From the NCBI GenBank assembly GCA_028826165.1, contig JAPDFW010000056.1, positions 434,001 to 498,000 on the forward strand: a stretch of 64,000 nt of DNA, written 5' to 3'. Source of the stretch: Anaeramoeba ignava BMAN (lineage: Eukaryota; Protista; Anaeramoebae). The translations under genes were made by a program, and so were the position numbers. Every line of letters begins with the position of its first letter. The stretch's first letter is position 1. A model generated the notes under the pieces. That model saw only the letters and a program-made list of their open reading frames with translations. It had not been told where the DNA came from and did no database searches. Shown one piece after another: positions 49,228-61,262 of this stretch.

Positions 49228-52200
49228 CTATTTATCATTTTTAGCATCATCATCATCACCAATAAAGAAATAAGTACCATTTGCTTTTTGTTCTTTATCT
49301 TTGATTGAACCAAATTTATTGATTCTTGGTCTATAATTTGTAGGATCTCTTCTAAAAGTAATTTCGAGGTTTTTCAAGAAAAGATTCATACCAGTTAACA
49401 AACCTTGTGGTCTAATAAAAATTAATTTGAATTTTAATTTTAATTTTTTAATTTTAATTTTAATTTTAATTTTAATTTTAATTTTAATTATTTTATAAAT
49501 GAATTTTATATTTAATTTTAATTTTAATTTTAATTTTAATTTTAATTTTAATTTTAATTTTAATTTTAATTTTAATTTTATAAATGAATATTAATTTTAA
49601 TTTTATTTTTAATTTTAATTTTAAATTTAATTTTAATTTTAATTTTAATTTTAATTTTAATTTTAATTTTAATTTTAATTTTAATTTTATAAATAATTTT
49701 ATAAATAATTTTATAAATAATTTTATAAATAATTTTATAAATAATTTTATAAATAATTTTATAAATAATTTTATATATAATTTTATAAATGATTTTATTA
49801 ATAATTTTTAAATAATTTTATAAATTAATTCTTATTTGTAAATCGAATTTTTACTTTCGTGCAACACATTTAATTGCAGGTTCACCTTCAAAAACAATAA
49901 CTCGATCAGCCAAATAAGTTGCCATAATAAAATCATGCTCAACAATAAATCCAGTTTTTCGAGAATGAATAATATGCCTCTTGATAACTTTCGCAGCAAT
50001 AATTCTCTGTTCGGAATCCAAATAAGCAGAAGGTTCATCAATCAAATAAACATCAGCTTGAGTACCCAAAGCCAAACACAAGGCGACTCTCTGGAGTTCA
50101 CCACCAGATAAAGTCAAAACCTCTTGATCTTTGATATAATCCAATGAGAGAGGCTTATAAACATCAGTAATAAATTGAGGATTAGTGAGCGCAGGCTGGA
50201 TTTTCTTGTCCAATAATTGCTGGACAGTTCCTTGAAATTTGGGCGATATTTTTTGTGGTTTGTAACTCACATTTAATTTTGGAATCTTTGCTTTGCCTTC
50301 ATTGGGGATTAGTAATCCTGCAAGCATACGAATAAAGGTTGTTTTTCCGGTTCCATTTTCACCAACCATTACAATAATTTCTGAATCACAAAAATCACCG
50401 GATTCAATTGATAACTCGAAATTCCCCAATGTTTTTGTCATTTCCGGATAATCGCAAATGGATTTCCGCTCGATTTCTTCTTGTGTTTCATCCACACTTT
50501 CAGCAATTTTAAAACTTAATGAAATTTCTCGAAATCTTAAATTTTCAGTTGGAACAAAACCTGCCAAAAAAATATTGATTCCTTCTCTCACACTAAAAGG
50601 CATAGTAACAACCCCATAAGCACCAGGAACACCGTATAAACAGCACACAAAATCTGACAAGTAATCAATCACAGCAAGATCATGCTCTACAACGATAACA
50701 TACGGGTTTTCGGGAAGCAAGCTGCGAATCACTCGTGCTGCTTTCAGTCGTTGTCTCACATCAAGATAACTTGATGGTTCATCAAACATATAAATATCTG
50801 CCTTCGCAATCGAGACTACGCAAATTGCAAATCGTTGTAATTCTCCTCCAGATAGATCTGCTATTTTCCGATCAAGAAGAGGTGTAAGTTCTAAATCTTT
50901 GATTAATTCTTTTGAAACTTTTCTTCCGTCTTTTTTTTGCAATACTCTTGATACTTGTCCCCGAATTGTTTTTGGAATGTTATCCACATATTGGGGTTTA
51001 ATTTTCGCAATGATTTTATCTTCTAGAATTTTATTAAAATAGCCTTGTAGTTCACTTCCTCTAAAGTTTTTGATAATCTCTGGCCAATCCATAATTTCCT
51101 TTAAAAATTTAAAATGATTAAAAATTTAAACAATTTAAAATGATTAAAAATTTAAACAAAAATTTAAAATTTAAACAAAAATTTAAAATGATTAAAAATT
51201 TAAACAATTTAAAATGATTAAAAATTTAAACAATTTAAAATGATTAAAAATTTAAATTCTTACTGAATATCTTCCAAGATTTGGTTTAAGTTTCCCAGCC
51301 AAAATATTTAATGCAGTTGTTTTTCCTGAAATTTTAATAAATTATTTGTTTAAATTAAAATTTTTCATTTCTTCAAAAAATTAAGAAATTAAAATATACC
51401 TATTCCATTTGTTCCCACTAATCCAAGAACTTGGCCTTGTCTTGGCATAGGAAGTCTGTGTAATTTAAATGAATTTGGTCCATATCTGTGAGTTGTTTCT
51501 TGTTCTAAACTACTTGGTAAATTAATAATTCGAATAGCATGAAATGGGCATTTTTTTGTACAAATTCCACAACCAATACAAAGTTCTTCACTAATTATGC
51601 ATATTTTAGAATCATTTTTAACTTCAATACATCTTTTTCCCTACATTTCAATATTAATTTTAATTTTAATTTTATAAATGAATTTTATAAATTGATTTTA
51701 TAAATGAATATTAATTTTAATTTTTAATTTTAATTTTAATTTTAATTATAATTGAATTTCAATTTCAATTTTAATTTTAATTTTGATATTAATTTTAATT
51801 TTAATTTTAATTTTAATTTTATAAATGAATATTAATTTTAATTTTAATTTTATTTTATAAATGAATTTCAATTTTATAAATAAATGAATTTTAATATTGA
51901 TTTTAATTTTAATTTTGAATTTTAATTTTGATTTTATAAATGAATTTTAATTTTAATTTTAATTTTAATTTTAATTTTAATTTTAATTTTAATTTTAATT
52001 TAATTTTAATTTTGATTTTAATTTTAATTATAATTTTAATTTTAATTTTAATTTTAATTATAAATGAATATTAATTTTAATTTTATAAATGAATTTCAAT
52101 TTTAATTTTAATTTTAATTTTAATTTTGATTTTGATTTTAATTTTATAAATGAATTTTAATTTTATTACAAACCATTCTAACAACAGGACATGATTTTTT

Positions 52201-52275
52201 ACATTCAAGTTTACATTTTTTTGGACGACATCTATCTTCATTAATAATTGCAATTCTTGTTAATTTATCTGACAT
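49228..52275 (-). CDS. ABCE1: ABCE1 / RLI1 ribosome-recycling ATPase
   Basis: Exons 52275-52174, 51640-51400, 51325-51264, 51098-49855, 49411-49228. Fe-S domain [39 protein letters not shown] twice, [23 protein letters not shown]. Confidence 0.97.
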
Positions 52276-52514
52276 TTAAATATATTTGAAAATAACTTGA
52301 AATATTTCAATTTCTTTTTAAAGATTTTTTATTTTAAAATTTTTCGAAAGGTTTTTTTGTTTAATTTTCTTATTTTTTGTGTGTTTTGTTTCTGTTAATT
52401 TTGGTTTTTCTTTTTGTTTTTCTTTTTGTTTTTATTTTTATTAATAAGAAAAAGAAAAAAAAATGAAAAAAAAATTTTTTAATTTAAATAAAAAAAATCT
52501 AAATAAATAAAACG

Positions 52515-52524
52515 GTGACGTCAC
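52515..52524. promoter_or_regulatory. CRE/ATF-type palindrome GTGACGTCAC in the ABCE1/PP5 divergent promoter
   Basis: Perfect 10-bp palindrome, the only GC-rich spot in the ~450-bp AT-rich spacer. Confidence 0.55.
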
Positions 52525-52723
52525 AAGATAATTTTTTCTTTTTTTTATTAATAATTTCTCAAAATTAAATCATTTCTTGTTTTTTCTTTTTTTTTTTAAA
52601 TTAAAAAATAATTTTTTTTCAAATTTTTTTTTTTCATTTTTTTTTCATATTTTTATTTTCTTTACAATTAAATTTTTTTCAATAATTATATTAATATTAA
52701 TATTAATAACAATAATAATAATA

Positions 52724-55700
52724 ATGGAAGAAGAAAAAGTAAATGAATTTAAAAGTCAAGCAAATGATCTTTTTCAAAGTAAAAAATAAAAACAAAAACA
52801 ATTCAATTCAATTTAATTTAATTCAATCAGATTTAAATTTTATTTTTTAATTTATATTCAAGAAATGAAATATGAAGAAGCAATAGAATTATATACAAAA
52901 GCAATAGAAATCAAACCTAATGCAATATTATATTCAAATAGATCTATTTGTTTAATGAAACTTGAAAAATTTATGCAAGGACTTGAAGATGCAAACAAAT
53001 CAATTGAACTCGATCCAAAATATCCAAAAGTATAATTTTCCAGAAATAATATAATTATTAAATAAAATATTATATATCAATTTATAATTTATTTAGGGTT
53101 ATTATCGAAAAGGTTCTGCATTGTTTGAATTAATGAAATTTGAAGAAGCAATTGAAGCTTTTAAACAAGTTGTACTTCTTGCACCAAATAATAAATTAGC
53201 TCGAGAAAAATATCAACTTTGTCAAAAAGAAATAAAAAGAATTCTATTTGAAAAAGCTATTTCAAGAGAATTGGAAAAGTCACCATTTGAAACATTAACT
53301 TTTAATAAAAATGGTAGATTTAAAAAATTTAAATAATATATTTCATTTCATTTCATTTCAATTAAATGCTGATTCTTTATTTTAATTTTTCAAAGATATT
53401 CCTAATGATTATGATGGATTTATATTACCAGAAAATAATATACTTACATTTGAAATTGTTAAAGAAATGATTGAAAGTTTTAAAAATGAAAAAATCATTC
53501 ATTCTTATTATGCTTTTGAAATTTTAAAACAAATTCGGGAAATTCTTTCTAAACTTCCAAATGTATTAGAGCTATCAGTTTCAGAAAATCAACTTCTAAC
53601 AGTTTGTGGAGATATTCATGGACAATTTTATGATTTATTGAATATTTTTGAAATTAATGGTTATCCAACAGAAAATCATTTCTATTTATTTAATGGAGAT
53701 ATGGTTGATCGTATATAAATTATTATTAATTATATTAATTATTTAAATTATATTAATTATATTAATTATATTAATTATATTAATTATATTAATTATATTA
53801 ATTATATTAATTATATTAATTATATTAATTATATTAATTATATTAATTATATTAATTATATTAATTATATTAATTATTTTAATTATTTTAATTATTTTAA
53901 TTATTTTAATTATTATTATATTTATATTAATTTATTTTAATTTATTTTAATTATTTTTTTTAATTTATTAAATTATATTAATTATATTAATTATATTATT
54001 AATTATATTAATTATATAAATTATATTAATTATATTAATTATTATTATATTAATTATTTTTAATTTATTAATTATATTATTATATTTTTTATTAATTATA
54101 TTAATTATATTATTTATTATTATTAATATTTATTTAATTATATTATTATATTAATTATATTAGTAATTAATTATTTTAATTATATTAATTATATTAATTA
54201 TATTAATTATATTAATTATATTAATTATTAATTATATTAATTATATTAATTATATTAATTATATTAATTATATTAATTTATATTAATTATATTATTATAT
54301 TAATTAATTATATTATTATATTAATTATATTATATTAAATTATTATTAATTATATTAATTATATTAATTATTTTAATTATATTTATATTAATTATATTAA
54401 TTATATTAATTATATTATATTTTAATTATATTAATTAATTAATTATATTAATTATATTAATTATATTAATTATATTAATTATATTAATTATATTAATTAT
54501 TTTAATTATATTAATTAATTAATTATATTAATTTTAATTATATTAATTAAATTATATTAATTATATTAATTATATTAATTATTTTTTTAATTATATTAAT
54601 TATATTAATTATATTAATTATATATTTTAATTATATTAATTATATTAATTATATTAATTATTTTAATTATATTAATTATTTTAATTATATTAATTTTTAA
54701 TTATATTATATTAATTATATTAATTATATTAATTATTTAAATTTATTAATTATATTATTAATTTATTTTAATTTAATTATTTTAATTATTTTAATTTTTA
54801 ATTATTTTAATTATTATTAATTATTTATTTTAAATTTTAATTATATTAATTTATTTTAATTATTTTTTATTAATTTATTAATTATTTTAATTATATTATT
54901 ATTTTAATTATTTTAATTATATTAATTATATTAATTATTATTAATTATATTATTTTTAATTATATTAATTATTAATTATAATTATTTTTAATTATTTTAA
55001 TTATATTAATTTCCCTTAATTATATTAATTATTATAAAATTATATTAATTATATTAATTATATTATTTATATTAATTATATTAATTATATTAATTATTTT
55101 AATTATATTATTAATTATATATTAATTATTTTAATTATATTAATTATATTAGGGGTATATTAATTATATTAATTATATTAATTATTAATTAATTAATTAT
55201 TTTAATTATTTTAATTATTTTAATTATTTTAATTATATTAATTATAATAAATTAATTATATTAATTATATTAATTATATTAATTTATTAATTATATTAAT
55301 TATATTAATTATATTAAATTATATTAATTATATTAATTATATTTAATTTATTTTTAATTATTTTATTAATTATTTAATTATTATATTAATTATATTAATT
55401 TATATTAATTATATTAATTTATTTTTAATTATATTAATTATATTAATTATATTAATTATTAATTTTATTATATTATTAATTATATTAATTATATTAATTA
55501 TATTAATTATATTAATTTTAATTATTAATTTTTATTAATTTATTATAAATTATATTAATTATTTTAATTATATTAATTATATTAATTATTTTATTAATTT
55601 TATTTATTTTAATTTATTTTAATTATTTAATTATATTAATTATATTATTATATTATATTATATTTATATTATTTATATTATTTATATTATTTATATTATT

Positions 55701-56720
55701 TATATTAATTATTTTAATTATATTATTTATTTTATTTATTTTAATTATATTAATTATATTAATTATTTAAATTATTTTAATTATTTTAAATTATTTTTAG
55801 GTGGTTCATTTTCTTTGGAAGTCATTTTAACTTTATTTTCATTAAAAATTGTTTTTCCACAAAGTGTTCATTTACATCGAGGAAACCACGAAAGTTCTAA
55901 CATGAATTCAATTTTTGGATTTTTTAATGAAGTACGAACCAAACTCGATTTTAAATTTGTTGGATTATTTACGGAATTATTTGATCTTCTTCCATTATCA
56001 TCAATTGTAGAAAATAAAATCTTTATTGTTCACGGAGGATTGCCATCAAAAGAAGATTTCAAGATTGAGGAATTGAAGAAAATAGATAGAAAACAACAAC
56101 CTGATACTGGAATCATGTGCGATCTTCTCTGGAGTGATCCAGGATATGCAATTGGTATTAGACCAAGTCCAAGAGGTCTTGGTGTTGTTTTTGGTGCTGA
56201 TCGAACTCAAAAATTTTTGGAAAATAATGATTTGCAATTAATTATTCGTTCTCATGAAGTTAAAATGGGTGGTTATGAAGTTACTCATAATGATAAGTTG
56301 ATTACTGTGTTTTCTGCTCCTAATTATGGTGATAATATGAATAATTTTGGTTCATACATTAATTTTAGATCTGATTTAAAAGTTGATATTAAACAATTTC
56401 AAGCTGTTGTAAGTTTTTTTAAATTAATTTTTAATTTTAATTTTGATTTTAATTTTAATTTTAATTTTAATTTTAATTTTAATTTTAATTATAATTTAAT
56501 TTTAATTTTAATTTTAATTTTAATTTTAATTTTAATTTTAATTTTAATTTTAATTTTAAATTTAATTTTAATTTTAATTTTATTTTTATTTTAATTTTAA
56601 TTTTAATTTTAATTTTAATTTTAAATTTTAATTTTAATTTTAAATTTTAATTTTAATTTTAATTTTATTTTTATTTAGCCTCATCCAAAAACAAGAACTT
56701 ACTACGCGAATATGATGTGA
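52724..56720 (+). CDS. PPP5C: Serine/threonine protein phosphatase 5 (TPR + PPP catalytic domain)
   Basis: Exons 52724-52778, 52863-53029, 53097-53313, 53396-53710, 55801-56408, 56679-56720. TPR motifs ([18 protein letters not shown]; KGYYRKG), [40 protein letters not shown], terminal PHP. Confidence 0.95.
53715..55795. repeat. (ATTAATTAT)n 9-mer satellite filling the 2.09-kb PP5 intron
   Basis: Intron 53711-55800 is almost entirely A/T periodic sequence and splits the conserved DRG motif. Confidence 0.9.
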
Positions 56721-56979
56721 TTTCCGTTAATAAACTGAAAATTTTCAAAAAAAAAATTAAAAGAAATATTATAGAGCAAATTTTTTTCATTCCACTTTTT
56801 TTTTTTTCTTTCTTTTTAAATTCTTTTTAGATTGATCAATAAAAACAAAATCTTTCTCAACAAAATTAAAAAAATCAAAATTTTTTTTTCATTTTTTTCA
56901 TTTTCATTTTTTTTCTTTTTAAATTTATTTCTTTTTTATTTCAATTTGAAATTTAATTTTGATTTAATAATTATTATCT

Positions 56980-58826
56980 ATGTCAACACCACTTCATAAA
57001 AGAAAAGTTAAAGAACATCAAGAACAACAATTTCTTTCTCAAAAAAGTAATTTAAATTCGAAAAAAAATGAATTTAATTTTCTTTTGAAATTTACTTTTA
57101 TTTCTTTTTAGAATCAAATGTTGAAAAAATTTCCGAAATAATTTCCTTTTTAAATAGATGGGATCAAGGATTTATCGATCTTGAAAAAGTACCAAGATTA
57201 TTTGAAAATCCAAGTTTATTTTTTCAAGTATTAGATGTATTAGAAGGATTTGGAATATTTTCCAAAACAGAAAGCGGATATACAAAAAAGTAATAATTTT
57301 TTAATTTACAAAAAAATCAAAATCAAAATCAAAATCAAAATTAAAATTCAAAATCAAAATCAAATTTAAAATTGAAATCAAAATCAAAATCAAAATCAAA
57401 ATCAAAATCAAAATTAAAATCAAAATCAAAATCAAAAATCAAAATCAAAATCAAAATCAAAATGAAAATCAAAATCAAAATCAAAATGAAAATCAAAATC
57501 AAAATTGAAATCAAAATCAAAATGAAAATCAAAATCAAAATCAAAATCAAAATCAAAATTGAAATCAAAATCAAAATTTAAAATTAAAATCAAAATCAAA
57601 ATCAAAATCAAAATCAAAATCAAAATCAAAATCAAAATTAAAATCAAAAACAAAATCAAAATTAAAAATTAAAATCAAAATTAAAATCAAAATCAAAATT
57701 AAAATCAAATTCAAATTCTAAATCAAAATTGAAATCAAAATCAAAATCAAAATCAAAATCAAAATCAAAATTAAAATCAAAATCAAAATCAAATTCAAAA
57801 TTAAAATTAAATTCAAAATCAAAATCAAAATTAAAATCAAAATGAAAATCAAAATTAAAATCAAAATCAAAATTGAAAAATTTTTTAATTCCTTTTTAAG
57901 TACACAAAGAGATATTGATCAATTAGTTGTTCCATCAAATTTCGATTATGAAATTTTGCAAATGAAACAAGAAATTAATAAACTTTATAATCAAGAATTA
58001 TTTATTGATAGATGTATTGAAATGATGCAAAATGAACCAAAACAAATGATTGAAAAAATTAATGAAAAAAATGGTATTGCTTTAGAAGATATTTATAAAA
58101 CTCCTGAATTAGAGCAACAAAAAGTATTTGTTGTGAAAGCAAACAAAATTGATCTTAATGTCCCACCACCTCAAAATGTAATTTATATTTTAATTTCCAA
58201 AAAAAAAAGTGGAAGAAAAAACTATTTTTACAATTTTAAATTATATTGAAAAAAGTGGAACAAAAAAATATTCATTTAAAATTTTATTTTAATTATTTCA
58301 ATTATTTCAATTATTTTAATTATTTCAATTATTTTAATTATTTCAATTATTTTAATTATTTTATTTTTTTAAGTATTTTAATTATTTTAATTATTTTAAT
58401 TATTTTAATTATTTTAATTATTTTAATTATTTTAATTATTTTAATTATTTTAATTATTTCAATTATTTTAATTATTTTAATTATTTTAATTATTTTAATT
58501 ATTTTAAATTAAATTGAAAAAAGTGGAACAAAAAAATATTCATTTAAAATTTTATTTTAATTATTTTAATTATTTTAATTATTTTAATTATTTCAATTAT
58601 TTCAATTATTTCAATTATTTTAATTATTTTAATTATTTTAATTATTTTAATTATTTCAATTATTTTAATTATTTTAATTATTTAGACTCCAACAGGAAAA
58701 ATTTATTCTTTAAAATTAACTTCAGATCAACCTTTAGAAATAATGGAACAAAAAAAAACAGATTCAGAAATTGGAAATAATTCAGAAAAAGAAAATATTG
58801 AAGTTTCTATTAGAACATTTTTTTAA
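56980..58826 (+). CDS. Divergent E2F-family protein (~220 aa)
   Basis: Exons 56980-57046, 57112-57289, 57901-58177, 58686-58826. GFIDL..VLDVLEGFGIFSK resembles E2F winged-helix NVLEGIGLIEK. Coiled coil MKQEINKLYNQELFIDRCIEMMQ. Marked box EDI..QKVFVVKA..LNVPPP..YSLKLTS. Confidence 0.65.
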
Positions 58827-58970
58827 TGTTAATTTTGTTTTTAAATTTTTTCTTTTTAAAAAAAAATTCTAAAAAAAAAATTTTTTTTCTTCAAATTTTT
58901 ATTTTTCATTTTTTTTCTTTCTATTAGTTATCTTTTATTATTTGATTTGATTTTTTTTATTGATAATAAA

Positions 58971-61057
58971 ATGTCTGCTATATTAAGTTTTGATAAAGAA
59001 ACTGAACAATTAATAAGAAACAGAATCAGTTTTACATCAAATCGTTTAAATATAGAAGAAAAACAAATTTATAATTTATTTCCACATTTCTTTAATGAAT
59101 CAATTAAAATTTCTGTTTCACAAAGAGTTGCTCGTTATATTGATCATACTTTATTGAAACCAGATGCAACTAAAAAACAACTTGAACAAATTTGTAATGA
59201 AGCAAAGGAAAATAATGTATTTTTTTCTTTTCTTTAGCTGACTTGACATTAAAATCAAAATCAAAATCAAAATCAAAATCAAAATTAAAATTAAAATCAA
59301 AATCAAAATCAAAATCAAAATCAAAATCAAAATCAAAATCAAAATCAAAATCAAAATTAAAATGAAAATCAAAATCAAAATCAAAATTAAAATCAAAATC
59401 AAAATCAAAATCAAATTCAAAATCAAAATCAAAATCAAAATTAAAATTAAAATCAAAATCAAAATCAAAATTAAAATCAAAATTAAAATTAAAATAAAAT
59501 CAAAATTAAAATCAAAATCAAAATTAAAATCAAAATCAAAATAAAAATCAAAATTCAAATCAAAATTAAAATTAAAATTAAAATATCATTTCGTTTATTT
59601 GAAATAATTAGTTTTATGCAGTTTGTGTTAATTCAAATCGTGTTAAAGACACAGCAAAATTTTCTTGGAAAAAATAATATTAATTTAGCTGCAGTTGTTG
59701 GTATGAGAATTAAGAAAAAAAATAAATAAATAAATAAATCAATTCATCAATTAATTTCAAAGGATTTCCACTTGGAGCAATGGATGCAAATTGTAAAATT
59801 TTTGAAACAGAAAGAGCAGTTGAAAATGGTGCAAATGAAATTGATATGGTTATTAATATTGGAAGATTGAAAGATGGAGAATATCTAGAAGTATTATCGG
59901 ATATTCATGGAATAGTTCAAGCAATAGATCCTAAAATTAAATTAAAAGTTGGAAAATCAAAATTAAAATTAAAATTATAATTAAAATTAAAATCAAAATT
60001 AAAATCAAAATCAAAATTAAAATTAAAATTAAAATCAAATTTAAAATCAAATTTAAAATCAAAATTAAAATTAAATTTAAAATTAAAATTAAAATCAAAA
60101 TCAAAATCAAAATTAAAATTAAAATTAAAATTAAAATTAAAATTAAAATTAAAATTAAAATTAAAATTAAAATTAAAATCAAAATTAAAATTAAAATTAA
60201 AATTAAAATTAAAATTAAAATTAAAATTAAATTCAAAATCAAAATTAAAATTAAAATCAAAATCAAAATCAAAATCAAAATTAAAATCAAAATTAAAATC
60301 AAAATTAAAATTAAAATTAAAATTAAAATTAAAATCAAAATTAAAATTAAAATTAAAATTAAAATTAATATTAAAATTAAAATTAAAATTAAAATCAAAA
60401 TTAAAATTAAAATTAAAATTAATTAAAATCAAAAATCAAAATCAAAATTAAAATTAAAATTAAAATTAAAATTAAAATTAAAATCAAAATCAAAATCAAA
60501 ATTAAAATCAAAATTAAAATTAAAATTAATATTAAAATTAATATTAGGTTATCCTTGAAACATGTTTATTAACAAAAGAATTAATTGTTGATGCATGCCT
60601 TCTTAGTGTAATAGCAGGAGCATCATTTGTAAAAACATCAACAGGATTTTCAACAGGAGGAGCAAAAGATGAACATGTTAAATTAATGAAATTAGTAGTG
60701 GGTAATCTAGCAGAAGTAAAAGCATCAGGAGGAATCAGAACATATCAAGATTCTATTAAAATGCTATTAAACGGAGCAACAAGAATAGGCGCAAGTTCAA
60801 GTGTTGCAATTGTTAATGGAGAACTTGAAGCTATTAATAAAGTTGGTTCTCTTGTTCAAGATTCATCAAAATCAAAAAATCAAACCAAAGAATCTAAAGA
60901 TAGTTTTGAACCCCCAATTCCAATTAATAATGAAAAACTTGCTCTTTGGGGAACTCTTATTACTGCAGCTATCTCAGGATTTTTTATTGGAATGAAGAAA
61001 CAGAAAAATTCAACAACAAATACAATGACAAGATCTCAAAGAAATAAGAGAAAATAA
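58971..61057 (+). CDS. deoC: Deoxyribose-phosphate aldolase (bacterial/type-1-like) with C-terminal transmembrane tail; apparent +1 indel near 59660
   Basis: Exons 58971-59216, 59612-59700, 59763-59947, 60548-61057. Motifs [64 protein letters not shown], then [19 protein letters not shown] and a basic tail. Confidence 0.92.
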
Positions 61058-61262
61058 GAAAATAAGAAAATAATAAAATAATTTTGATCCACTTTTTTTT
61101 TCCCTAATTTTAGAAAAAAAGTTTAATTTCTTTACTTTTTCAATTCAAAAAAAAAATCCTTTTTCTTTTTTTTTTCATTTTTTTGGAATGGATTTTAATC
61201 AATTAATAAAATAAATCATTTTTTCATTTTTTCATTTTTTCATTTTTCATTTTTAAATAGAA

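Noticed and set aside
57341-60432. Many ORF-track entries made of ILIL, KIKI, FDFD, NFNF and LKLK runs (also near 9064, 20731, 26463-27643, 46907 and 49584)
   Set aside because: Translations of stop-free hexamer microsatellites in introns, spacers or the opposite strand, not genes
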